From the NCBI GenBank assembly GCA_965215195.1, contig CBDCDC010000002.1:2688001-2752000 (forward strand): a DNA stretch of 64,000 bases, written 5' to 3'. A program made the position numbers and the translations under genes. The notes below the pieces were generated by a model. The model ran no database searches, was not told where the DNA came from, and saw only the letters and a list, made by a program, of their open reading frames with translations. This stretch comes from Candidatus Latescibacterota bacterium (GTDB lineage Bacteria > Latescibacterota > UBA2968 > UBA8231). Positions 1 through 8,628 of the stretch are shown here, piece after piece. Every line of letters starts with the position of its first letter. Positions within the stretch are counted from its first letter, which is position 1.

Positions 1-2
1 TG

Positions 3-971
3 CCGCTGCCGGTCCTCTTCGGCTCCCTGCTGCTCGGCCCTTCGGCCAGTGCCGAGGCAGGGGAAATTCTCGTCTGGCTCTACGGCCTGCTCTTTCGCGG
101 AGCAGCCGCCGGAACCGAAGAGTCGCTGGTGGGGACAATCGTGTGGGAGGTGCGCCTGCCGCGCATTCTCCTCACCTTTCTGGTGGGGGGGGCCTTGGCC
201 GCGGCCGGCAATGCCTTGCAGGCCCTGTTTCGCAACCCCCTCGTGGCCCCCTACATCCTCGGGCTTTCCTCCGGGGCCGCTTTTGGCGCGGCCATAGCGC
301 TGGTCCTGCCGTTTCTTCCGATCCAGCCGACGGCCTTTGGCTTTGGCCTGCTCGCCGTGGGCTTGGCCTACTTCTTGGCCCGCACCCGCAAGACTGTGTC
401 GGTGGTCTCCCTCATTCTCTCGGGGGTGATCGTCACCGGGATCTTCACCGCTTTGCTGACCATCGTCCAGTTCCTCACCGACCCGTACAAGCTGCAAACT
501 ATCGTCCATTGGACCATGGGCAACCTGCACAATTCGAGCTGGGCCAAGCTGCGCTCGGCAGCTCCGGGGGTGGGCATCGGCGTGGTCTGGCTCTTTCTCT
601 TTCGCTGGCGCATGAACGTGCTGGCCCAAGGCGACGAAGAAGCCCGCGCAGTCGGCCTAAACCCGGAGCGGGAGCGGGTGCTAATTCTCATTCCAGCGAC
701 TTTGGCCGCCTCCGCGGCAATCGCCGTGGCCGGCGTCATCAGCATGATTGGCCTCGCCGTGCCGCACATGGTGCGCATGATGCTGGGGCCGGACAACCGC
801 CACACCCTGCCGGCCTCCTTTGCCTTTGGCGGGGCCTTTCTGCTGCTGGTCGATACCTGCTCGCGCACGCTGGCCTCCTTTGAAATCCCAGTCGGGGTCT
901 TCACCACTCTGCTCGGCGGGCCGTTCTTCATCTTCCTCCTCAAAAAGGCGCGGATCGGATGGGAGACCTAG
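3..971 (+). CDS. FecCD/BtuC-family iron-chelate ABC permease (5' end outside window)
   Basis: Frame is open from the window start; RLPRI, QALFRNPL, GLSSGA and EIPVGVFTTLLGGPFF motifs. Confidence 0.92.
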   Translation, partial: PLPVLFGSLLLGPSASAEAGEILVWLYGLLFRGAAAGTEESLVGTIVWEVRLPRILLTFLVGGALAAAGNALQALFRNPLVAPYILGLSSGAAFGAAIALVLPFLPIQPTAFGFGLLAVGLAYFLARTRKTVSVVSLILSGVIVTGIFTALLTIVQFLTDPYKLQTIVHWTMGNLHNSSWAKLRSAAPGVGIGVVWLFLFRWRMNVLAQGDEEARAVGLNPERERVLILIPATLAASAAIAVAGVISMIGLAVPHMVRMMLGPDNRHTLPASFAFGGAFLLLVDTCSRTLASFEIPVGVFTTLLGGPFFIFLLKKARIGWET

Positions 972-1732
972 TGCCGGCCATCCAAGTTGAGCGGCTCTCC
1001 TTTGCCTACGAAGAGAGGCCGATCCTCAACGATATCTCGCTGGAGATCCCGGCGGGGCAGTTCACCGTTCTCCTCGGCAAAAACGGCAGCGGCAAATCAA
1101 CCCTCATGCGCATTCTCGGCGGTTTCCTCGACTTCGAGCGCGGCAAAGTGCGTATCATGGGGGAGGAGCTCCGCTCCTTCTCGTCTCGGCGGCGGGCCCG
1201 CGTCCTCGGCTACCTGCCCCAGCACCACCGGCCGGTCTTTCCCTTTTCCGTGCAGGACGTGGTTCTGACCGGCCGCGCCAGCTACGTCACCTACGTCCCC
1301 AAGCAGGAGGACGTGGAAATCGGCATCGCCGCGCTGGAGCGGGTCGGCATTATCCACCTGAAGGAGCGCCCGTACACCGAGCTGTCGGGGGGCGAGCAAC
1401 AGCTCGTCCGCATCGCCCGGGTTCTGGCCCAGCAGCCCCGTCTCATCCTCCTCGACGAACCCAGTTCGCACCTCGACTTCCTCAACCAAGCGCACCTGCT
1501 GCGCCTAATCCGCGAGTTGGTCGATGCCGACCTCACCGTCCTCGCCGTCCTGCACGACCCCAACAGCGCCTTCCTCTACGGGGATCACTTCATTTTTCTC
1601 AAGGATGGTGCAGTAGAGCGGCTACCAGCGGCCGAACGGCCGTGGGACCGCGACTTCTTGGAGCGGATCTACGACACTGAGATGGATTCAATCCCCTACG
1701 GCGACCGCGCTCTCGTGGTGCCGAAGGGGTGA
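959..1732 (+). CDS. Iron-chelate ABC transporter ATP-binding protein
   Basis: Walker A GKNGSGKST, LSGGE signature, LLDEP; overlaps the permease stop. Confidence 0.93.
   Translation: MGDLVPAIQVERLSFAYEERPILNDISLEIPAGQFTVLLGKNGSGKSTLMRILGGFLDFERGKVRIMGEELRSFSSRRRARVLGYLPQHHRPVFPFSVQDVVLTGRASYVTYVPKQEDVEIGIAALERVGIIHLKERPYTELSGGEQQLVRIARVLAQQPRLILLDEPSSHLDFLNQAHLLRLIRELVDADLTVLAVLHDPNSAFLYGDHFIFLKDGAVERLPAAERPWDRDFLERIYDTEMDSIPYGDRALVVPKG
1640..1732 (+). repeat. 93-bp direct repeat, copy 1 (3' end of ABC ATPase gene through TGA)
   Basis: Identical by eye to 2669-2761. Confidence 0.95.
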
Positions 1733-1845
1733 GGGAACGTGCCGGAGATGAATGCACGTGAGGCATTGTAAGCCGCTGGCCTCCCTATGGCGGCGATCGA
1801 GAAGCGGGTTACCTCAATAACGACGCCTGCGATTCACAATTTGAC

Positions 1846-2475
1846 TCAGGTACGCCTAAACCCTTCGCAAATGCGAGGAATGCAAATACTGCCCCAGCAC
1901 TTCTGGGTCAACTCAGCAGCCTGTGGCGGAAATGCGCCATGTACGACCTTAATGCCTCTTGTTCCCAGAAATTCCACTACGGGAACGAAATCTCGGTCGG
2001 AGGAAGCCAGAACGGCTACATCGTAGTTGGCGACCCAAGCCAGACTGATCATCTCAGTCGCAATTCTCGTGTCAATGCCTTTTTCTTCAGTGCCGCGCAT
2101 GTCCGCGTTGCATCTCGGGCACTGGGACACGACTTGGTGACAGGCCGGGCAGGTCGGCCCCCTGTGCTTGCGCCTCCTCGGCACCATTGTGACGTGTACA
2201 CCGGGAAATGTATTGAGCGTGCGAGTTGACCAGCGGCGCAACTCCTGATCGCGGTCGCTATATGAACCATAGACATTCATTCCCTGATAATCGACATGTG
2301 CAGTCTCGTCGATAATAAGCAAGGCTTCCCGCGCCAAATGTGGACCCAAGGCACGCCAGTCGATCTTGAAATCGGGCCGAGCTTCCCTTACGGAAAGCTC
2401 AAAATTCCAGAAGTCGACGAACACCCTTACGCGAACGCGATGTTCAGCAACGAGCTCATCACGGCACTCATCCAA
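1846..2475 (-). CDS. NYN/LabA-DUF88 (PIN-fold) nuclease with CxxC...CxxC insertion
   Basis: VFVDFWN, EEKGIDTRIA and ASSDRDFVP acidic motifs; CPAC...CPRC; TTG start 7 nt after GGAG. Confidence 0.88.
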   Translation of the reverse strand: MDECRDELVAEHRVRVRVFVDFWNFELSVREARPDFKIDWRALGPHLAREALLIIDETAHVDYQGMNVYGSYSDRDQELRRWSTRTLNTFPGVHVTMVPRRRKHRGPTCPACHQVVSQCPRCNADMRGTEEKGIDTRIATEMISLAWVANYDVAVLASSDRDFVPVVEFLGTRGIKVVHGAFPPQAAELTQKCWGSICIPRICEGFRRT

Positions 2476-2486
2476 ACTTTAACTCC

Positions 2487-2524
2487 AAAAATAAAAACAG
2501 GGACACCCACAAGAGTGTCCCTGT
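2487..2524 (-). terminator. Intrinsic terminator directly upstream of the NYN RBS
   Basis: Minus strand ACAGGGACAC-TCTTGTGG-GTGTCCCTGT followed by TTTTATTTTT. Confidence 0.8.
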
Positions 2525-2600
2525 CGCATACGCATAGAGTAATAATAATCAAGTGGTCGTTGATCCTGTCTGCCAGGCGACTTCTTGATGGATTTTAATA
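2490..2600 (-). ncRNA. Candidate structured leader or antitoxin RNA upstream of NYN gene
   Basis: Lies between a predicted promoter and a terminator; nested pairing ATCAAG/CTTGAT, GTCG/CGAC, CCTG/CAGG (2548-2589). Confidence 0.5.
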
Positions 2601-2606
2601 CTATTC

Positions 2607-2635
2607 AAAGTAATTGATCATGCCGCTGTTGTCCA
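2607..2635 (-). promoter_or_regulatory. sigma70-like promoter for the NYN leader
   Basis: TGGACA-17 nt-TACTTT on minus strand. Confidence 0.55.
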
Positions 2636-2668
2636 CACTCCATCGGGTAATCTTTGGATTTTTAGCGA

Positions 2669-2761
2669 CCGTGGGACCGCGACTTCTTGGAGCGGATCTA
2701 CGACACTGAGATGGATTCAATCCCCTACGGCGACCGCGCTCTCGTGGTGCCGAAGGGGTGA
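2669..2761 (+). repeat. 93-bp direct repeat, copy 2 (displaced 3' end of ABC ATPase gene)
   Basis: Identical to 1640-1732; ends 7 bp before the convergent gene's stop. Confidence 0.95.
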
Positions 2762-2768
2762 ACGACCA

Positions 2769-3845
2769 TCAGCCGCTGTGCAGGACGAGGTCGCGGGCGT
2801 CGCCGCTCAGCGGCAGCTCAACCCAAGCACCGCCGGCGCGGTGGGAGGCGTGAAAGGCGATAATCGCCTCCAGAGTACGCACGGCCTCCCCTGCGTCGTA
2901 GGAGAAGGGTCCCGCCCCGTCGAGCCAATGGACGATCTCGGCAACGGCCCGGTCCATGCCGCTACCGGGGAAATCGTCGGGCAGGTACTCGCGGTCGTCG
3001 CCGCGCACGATCTCGATGTCGCGGCCACGGCAGATAGCATAGCCTTCGGTGCCGTGGAAGCGGTGGCGCATAGGCGCGGTGCCGTAGTCGGCTGCGTCAA
3101 CCGTGCAGATCAAATCGCCCCTCGGTGCGCCGGCGGCCGCGGGCAAGTCGCGTCCGAGGCGCAGCAGGCCCCAGCCGCCAGGATCGGCGAAGGCTGCGCC
3201 GCGGCAGTCGGATTTCCCCGACAGGTCAAGGGTGCCGGAGACCGCAGTCACCGGCAGGCCAGTAGCCATCTGCACGGCGTCGATCATGTGCGTACCCACG
3301 TTGCCGAGGCGGCCAGAGGTCCACTGGAGCGAGGCCGAGGTCAGGGTGCCGAGGACACCAGCGGCGATGCGGTCGCGCAGCACCCGATAGCCGGGGTGGA
3401 AGCGCAGGTTGTGGTTGATGACGAGCAGGGCACCGGCCTCGTTACAGGCGGACAACATGCCCTCGGCCTCGGTGACCGTCGCCGCAACGGGCTTTTCGCA
3501 GTAGATGGCGCGGACACCAGCTTCCACTGCCGCTTGGGTGATCTCGGCGTGGACGGGCGTGTACGTGGCAACCGAGACGATGTCGAGGGGCGCGGCCGCG
3601 CCGAACATCTCGCGCCAGTCGGCGAACACGGGCACGCCATAGCGCGCGTGGAAACGCGCGCGTCGCCCGTCGTCGCGGCTGCTACCAGCGACTAGATCGA
3701 CCCGGTCGTGGTTGCGCAGTGCCCCTACGTGCGTACCGTCGAGATCCTCAACGCGCTGGCCGAGGGCGTCGCCCGAGACCTGATCCGCACCCCCGATAAA
3801 GCCCAGCCCCACGATTGCTGCACGGTATCTCGTTTCTCCTGTCAT
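2769..3845 (-). CDS. Gfo/Idh/MocA family oxidoreductase
   Basis: IVGLGFIG Rossmann motif, CEKP, GTHMID; AGGAGG RBS before MTGETR. Confidence 0.9.
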   Translation of the reverse strand: MTGETRYRAAIVGLGFIGGADQVSGDALGQRVEDLDGTHVGALRNHDRVDLVAGSSRDDGRRARFHARYGVPVFADWREMFGAAAPLDIVSVATYTPVHAEITQAAVEAGVRAIYCEKPVAATVTEAEGMLSACNEAGALLVINHNLRFHPGYRVLRDRIAAGVLGTLTSASLQWTSGRLGNVGTHMIDAVQMATGLPVTAVSGTLDLSGKSDCRGAAFADPGGWGLLRLGRDLPAAAGAPRGDLICTVDAADYGTAPMRHRFHGTEGYAICRGRDIEIVRGDDREYLPDDFPGSGMDRAVAEIVHWLDGAGPFSYDAGEAVRTLEAIIAFHASHRAGGAWVELPLSGDARDLVLHSG

Positions 3846-3875
3846 AGCATTCCTCCTAGACATTGCCCCAAATCA

Positions 3876-5024
3876 TCAGACCCCGAGGCCCAGTACGCGC
3901 GCACAGGTCCCTCCCATGATCGCAGCCAGATCCTCGGCCGAGAGGAACTCGCAGTAGTCCTCAATCCAGCGGCGAGACTGGCGATAGGTGCAGAAGCGGT
4001 TCTGGAAGGGCATGTCAGTACCCCACAGCAGCCGCTCGGCCCCGATGCGCTCAACCATCTGCTCAAGCGTCGGCCACAACTCGCGGTACGGGTAGTCAAA
4101 CAAGTCGCCAAGGCGCACCGGGAAGCAGACCTCTAAGCTCAGATTCGGATTGGCGAAGGGAGCCCATATCTCGTCGGGCAGCTCGATCCGGCTCGGGGAG
4201 CCGGAGGGATCGTCGTCGAGGAAGAGACGCCACGGGAAGCCATGCGTGAGGCTGCAAAGCGTTTCCGGGTAGCGCTCCATCCAGCGCACCAAGATGTCGA
4301 GCTCAGCTAGGTAGCCGCGACGCCGGCTCTCCACGGTCTGCAACACCGACGCTTCGCCCGGCCCGGTGCCGAGCGTGAAGAACACCGGCACGCCGAGCGC
4401 GGCCACCGCCTCCCAGAACGGACGCAGGTGCTCCCCATCCCACGGATCGGAGCGGTAGTAGTAAGCGTGGGGCGGGTTGAACTTGATGGCGTGCAGGCCG
4501 TGCTTCTCGACAGCAGCGACCGTCTCGGCGATGACGGCATCAAGTTCGCCGGCCAAGCGCCACTCATCGACCGGAGCCATCGAATAGATGCGCTCTGGAT
4601 CGGCAGCCACCGACTCCGCTTGGAAGGCGGGATCGCGGCCCAGCATGGCATCGACGTGCAACAGAACCTTATCGACGCCGGCGTAGTCCATCTCGGCCAG
4701 CAGATTGTGGGGCGTGTATTCCAAGTGGGGCAAGTTGGGCGGATAGAACTGCTTGGTGAAGTCCTCGCCGTCAATCGTCCACACCACCCGTCCCTTGTCG
4801 TGGTCAACGCGGAAGTTGACGTCGGGCAAGTTGTCGAAATCCATGGCCCCACCGGGCGCTGCCAGCACATCCGCAGAGGCCGGTGCGCGGTCGCGGATGC
4901 GCCAAGCGGGCTGGTGGTGAGAGGCCTGACCGCCCTGGACCCAGCGCAGGTGGTCGGCCGCGGTGGGATGCCCGGCAGGAGAGTCAGCCGGGGGGAAGCA
5001 GTAGGCGTGGGAGTCGATAATCAT
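3876..5024 (-). CDS. Amidohydrolase_2 family protein
   Basis: MIIDSHAY start, LLWGTDMP motif. Confidence 0.85.
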   Translation of the reverse strand: MIIDSHAYCFPPADSPAGHPTAADHLRWVQGGQASHHQPAWRIRDRAPASADVLAAPGGAMDFDNLPDVNFRVDHDKGRVVWTIDGEDFTKQFYPPNLPHLEYTPHNLLAEMDYAGVDKVLLHVDAMLGRDPAFQAESVAADPERIYSMAPVDEWRLAGELDAVIAETVAAVEKHGLHAIKFNPPHAYYYRSDPWDGEHLRPFWEAVAALGVPVFFTLGTGPGEASVLQTVESRRRGYLAELDILVRWMERYPETLCSLTHGFPWRLFLDDDPSGSPSRIELPDEIWAPFANPNLSLEVCFPVRLGDLFDYPYRELWPTLEQMVERIGAERLLWGTDMPFQNRFCTYRQSRRWIEDYCEFLSAEDLAAIMGGTCARVLGLGV

Positions 5025-5113
5025 GGCAGTACCTTGGCAGTCGCGGCCGGAGGTCAGGAGAGTTCCCGCGCAAATTCGCAGGTCCAATCGACGACCCGGA
5101 AACCGTAGAAGGA

Positions 5114-5142
5114 AGGGTATATCTCTTAGAGAATGATGTCAA
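5114..5142 (-). promoter_or_regulatory. sigma70-like promoter
   Basis: TTGACA-17 nt-TACCCT on minus strand upstream of the amidohydrolase. Confidence 0.5.
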
Positions 5143-5145
5143 CGA

Positions 5146-5248
5146 GTAGTGGGTCTCTTTGAAAATTACACGGGCGGCGGGGGTGGACGGATCGTGCGGC
5201 ACACTCGGCGTCCGAGGACTAGCGTAAAAATTCAAAGGGACCCACCAC
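5146..5248. mobile_element. Small inverted-repeat element (MITE-like, family 2)
   Basis: GTAGTGGGTCTCTTTGAAAATTAC ... GTAAAAATTCAAAGGGACCCACCAC imperfect IR; a similar end occurs at 21090-21109. Confidence 0.5.
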
Positions 5249-5401
5249 GAATCTTCTACGCCGAATTTAAGTATCGAGCGCAGCTTGACCCACCATTAGA
5301 AACGCCGTTTATTCGGCCCATCTACTGTCGCCTCCAACCTTGCGCAACCACGGCTCCCATCTCCCCAAGACATTCTCTGTGCCGAAATCACCCGTCGAAT
5401 C

Positions 5402-5603
5402 ACGCCTAAGAAAATCAGAGAATTAATTCAGAACTTGAGAAAAGCGGGATTTTACGAAATTTCTGGTGGAGGCAAAGGATCGCATAGAAAATTTGCCCAT
5501 GATCGCTATCGCGGCGTCGTTACACTCAGCGGAAATTTTGGCAATGACGCAAAACCATATAGAACAGCAAGTCCAAAGCGCAGTGAAGGAAGTTAAAAAA
5601 TGA
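5402..5603 (+). pseudogene. hicA: HicA toxin pseudogene
   Basis: Manual translation (ACG)PKKIRELIQNLRKAGFYEISGGGKGSHRKFAH...DAKPY then frameshift EQQVQSAVKEVKK*; KGSH motif; start codon appears mutated. Confidence 0.8.
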
Positions 5604-5764
5604 AAGCCATTGATCGGTACCATAAATGGGTGGAGTGGAGTGAAGAAGACCAAGTATATATCGGCCAATGTCCGGACTTGATTACGGGAATTCACGGCGA
5701 CGATCCGCTGCAGGTTTATGAAACTGTGTGACGTCATAGCAGACGTTATTCACCATTTCGAGTC
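5600..5764 (+). pseudogene. hicB: HicB antitoxin pseudogene
   Basis: MKAIDRYHKWVEWSEEDQVYIGQCPDLITGIHGDDP, frameshift, then runs into the MITE; ATGA overlap with hicA. Confidence 0.75.
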
Positions 5765-5914
5765 TAAGAAGCGGTCTGAAAATTCCGGGTATCGCCCTTG
5801 TATGTAGCAAACAATCGAGGATCGAGGGCGTCTCGCCCTCGAAAAACGCGCCATCCGAGGGCCTCTCAACCGCTGCTCAACGCGGTTCGCCGAGGGTTTG
5901 CAGACCGCTTCTTA
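5765..5914. mobile_element. MITE family 1, copy A
   Basis: Terminal IR TAAGAAGCGGTCTGAAAA / TTTGCAGACCGCTTCTTA; internal hairpin GAGGGCGTCTCGCCCTC. Confidence 0.75.
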
Positions 5915-5949
5915 ACGGAAACGATTCCCCATCCCCGAAAGGCTTTCGC

Positions 5950-8610
5950 ATGACTGCAAATAACGACGAATTTGATGCGCGCACCCGGCTGGAATGCAGC
6001 GGCGGTAGCGGCGTCCTGTACCGCATTAAAAAGTTAGAAGAGGAGGGCGTAGCCGAGGTGAGCCGGCTGCCCTATTCGATCAAAATTCTGCTAGAGGCCG
6101 CGCTCAGGCAGTGCGACGGGTTTGAGATTACCCGCGAGGACGTCGAGCGCATTGCGCGCTGGAGTCCCGAGACAGCAGGCAAGGAAGAGATTCCCTTCAA
6201 GCCGGCGCGGGTAGTGATGCAGGATTTTACCGGCGTACCAGCCGTGGTTGATTTGGCCGCGATGCGCGACGCCGTGGCCGATTTGGGCGGCGACCCGGAA
6301 AAGGTCAATCCCCTGATTCCGGTCGACTTGGTCATCGATCATTCGGTGCAGGTTGATTACTACGGCATCCGCGAGGCACTGGCCATGAACGCTGCGCGCG
6401 AATTCGAGCGCAACCGCGAGCGCTACGAGTTTTTGCGCTGGGGTCAGGAGTCGTTCGACAATTTTCGCGTGGTGCCGCCGGCCACCGGCATCGTGCATCA
6501 GGTCAACCTAGAATATCTGGCGCAGGTGGTGCAGGAGCAGGACGGAGAATTTTATCCCGATAGCCTAGTGGGCACGGACAGCCACACGACGATGATCAAC
6601 GGCCTCGGCGTACTCGGCTGGGGTGTGGGCGGCATCGAGGCCGAGGCCGTGATGTTGGGGCAGCCGATCTACATGCTTTTGCCCCAAGTGGTCGGCGTCA
6701 AACTGACGGGCGCATTGCCCACCGGGACGACGGCTACGGACTTGGTCTTGACGGTGGTGCAGATGCTCCGGGCGCATGGCGTGGTCGGCAAATTCGTCGA
6801 ATTTTACGGACCGGGCTTGAGCGAGCTGAGCCTAGCCGACCGGGCGACCCTCGCCAACATGGCCCCGGAATACGGGGCGACGATGGGCATTTTTCCGGTT
6901 GACGAGGAGACGCTGGCGTACTTGGTGCTCACCGGGCGCAAGAAGGCGGTGGTCGAGCGAGTCCGCGCCTACATGGAAGCGCAGGGCATGCTCTACCACG
7001 CCGAGGCCCCTGATCCGGTCTTCAGCGAGCACTTGGCACTGGATATGGGTACGGTTGAGCCGAGCTTGGCCGGCCCGACGCGGCCGCAGGATCGGGTCGC
7101 GCTCAAGGACGTGCCGGCCGCATTCGCCGCCTCGCTAGCGGACCGCTTTGAGGTGGAGGACCGCGGCCAAAAGGTCGCCGTTGAAGTGGGCGAGCTGGGC
7201 CACGGCGCAGTGCTCATCGCCGCCATCACCTCCTGCACGAATACCAGCAACCCGAGCGCGATGGTGGGGGCGGGGCTGTTGGCGCGCAACGCGGCCAAGC
7301 GGGGTCTCGCGGTCCCGGCCTACGTCAAGACCAGCTTGGCACCGGGCAGCCGGGTCGTTTCCCGCTACCTCGACGCGGCCGGCCTCACCGAGAGCCTAGA
7401 GGCCCTCGGCTTCCACACGGTCGGCTACGGTTGCACGACCTGCATTGGCAACTCGGGGCCCCTGCCGGAAGAAATCGCCGCGGCCGTGGCCGACAACGAC
7501 TTGGTGGTGTGTAGCGTACTCAGCGGCAACCGCAATTTCGAGGGCCGGGTACACCCAGTGACGAAGGCCAATTTCCTCGCCTCGCCGCCTTTGGTCGTGG
7601 CCTACGCCCTTGCGGGCCGGGCGACAATTGACTTCGAGCGCGAGCCACTCGGCCGCGACCAAGGGGGCCGCGAGGTATTCCTGCGCGACATCTGGCCCGC
7701 GCAGGACCAGATCCGCGACGCGATTGCCGGCTCGCTGACGCCTAAGATGTTCGAGGAAGAATACGGCAATGCGTTCCGTCAAAACGAGACTTGGAACGCG
7801 ATCTCCGTGCCCGCGGGTACGCGCTACGCTTGGGCTGAGGAGAGCACGTACATTCGCAAGCCGAATTTCTTTGACGGCCTTACCAAACAGGCCCAGCCGA
7901 TCCAGCCGATTCAAGGTGCGCGCGTCTTGGCCAAGCTCGGCGACAGCGTGACGACCGACCACATCTCGCCGGCCGGTGCGATAGCCGCAGGCAGTCCGGG
8001 GGGTGAGTATCTCGCCAGCCACGGCGTTGAGCGCAAGGACTGGAACAGCTATGGCTCTAGACGCGGCAACCACGAGGTGATGATGCGGGGCACGTTTGCC
8101 AATATCCGCATCCGCAACGAGCTGGTGCCCGGCGTCGAGGGGGGTTATACGCGCCATCTGCCTTCGGGCGAGCAGATGACCATGTACGAAGCGGCCATGC
8201 GCTACATAGAAGAAGGCGTGCCGTCGATCATTATCGCGGGCAAGGAATACGGATCGGGCTCGAGCCGCGACTGGGCCGCCAAAGGTCCCTTCCTGCAAGG
8301 CGTCAAGGCCGCCATCGCCGAGAGCTACGAGCGCATCCACCGCTCGAACCTGATTGGGATGGGCATTCTGCCGCTGCAATTTTCCCCCGGCGAAGATCGC
8401 CACGCGCTGGGGCTGACCGGCGAGGAGATATACGATGTCGAGGGCCTCGACGACGACCTGCAGCCGGGGCAGGTGTTGGAGGTGGTGGCCAAGAGCGCTG
8501 CGGGCGAGCAGCGCTTTGCGGTGATATGCCGGATAGACACCCCCGTGGAGATCAACTACTACCGCAACGGGGGGATCTTACACGCAGTGCTCAGGCGGAT
8601 GGCCGAGTAG
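5950..8610 (+). CDS. acnA: Aconitate hydratase A
   Basis: [52 protein letters not shown]. Confidence 0.98.
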   Translation: MTANNDEFDARTRLECSGGSGVLYRIKKLEEEGVAEVSRLPYSIKILLEAALRQCDGFEITREDVERIARWSPETAGKEEIPFKPARVVMQDFTGVPAVVDLAAMRDAVADLGGDPEKVNPLIPVDLVIDHSVQVDYYGIREALAMNAAREFERNRERYEFLRWGQESFDNFRVVPPATGIVHQVNLEYLAQVVQEQDGEFYPDSLVGTDSHTTMINGLGVLGWGVGGIEAEAVMLGQPIYMLLPQVVGVKLTGALPTGTTATDLVLTVVQMLRAHGVVGKFVEFYGPGLSELSLADRATLANMAPEYGATMGIFPVDEETLAYLVLTGRKKAVVERVRAYMEAQGMLYHAEAPDPVFSEHLALDMGTVEPSLAGPTRPQDRVALKDVPAAFAASLADRFEVEDRGQKVAVEVGELGHGAVLIAAITSCTNTSNPSAMVGAGLLARNAAKRGLAVPAYVKTSLAPGSRVVSRYLDAAGLTESLEALGFHTVGYGCTTCIGNSGPLPEEIAAAVADNDLVVCSVLSGNRNFEGRVHPVTKANFLASPPLVVAYALAGRATIDFEREPLGRDQGGREVFLRDIWPAQDQIRDAIAGSLTPKMFEEEYGNAFRQNETWNAISVPAGTRYAWAEESTYIRKPNFFDGLTKQAQPIQPIQGARVLAKLGDSVTTDHISPAGAIAAGSPGGEYLASHGVERKDWNSYGSRRGNHEVMMRGTFANIRIRNELVPGVEGGYTRHLPSGEQMTMYEAAMRYIEEGVPSIIIAGKEYGSGSSRDWAAKGPFLQGVKAAIAESYERIHRSNLIGMGILPLQFSPGEDRHALGLTGEEIYDVEGLDDDLQPGQVLEVVAKSAAGEQRFAVICRIDTPVEINYYRNGGILHAVLRRMAE

Positions 8611-8628
8611 GGCCGGCGAGAGGATGCG

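Noticed and set aside
2778-3695. Long antisense and alternate-frame ORFs throughout the window (e.g. 7396-8403, 44252-45724, 22046-22882)
   Set aside because: Shadow ORFs expected in high-GC coding DNA; no recognisable motifs.
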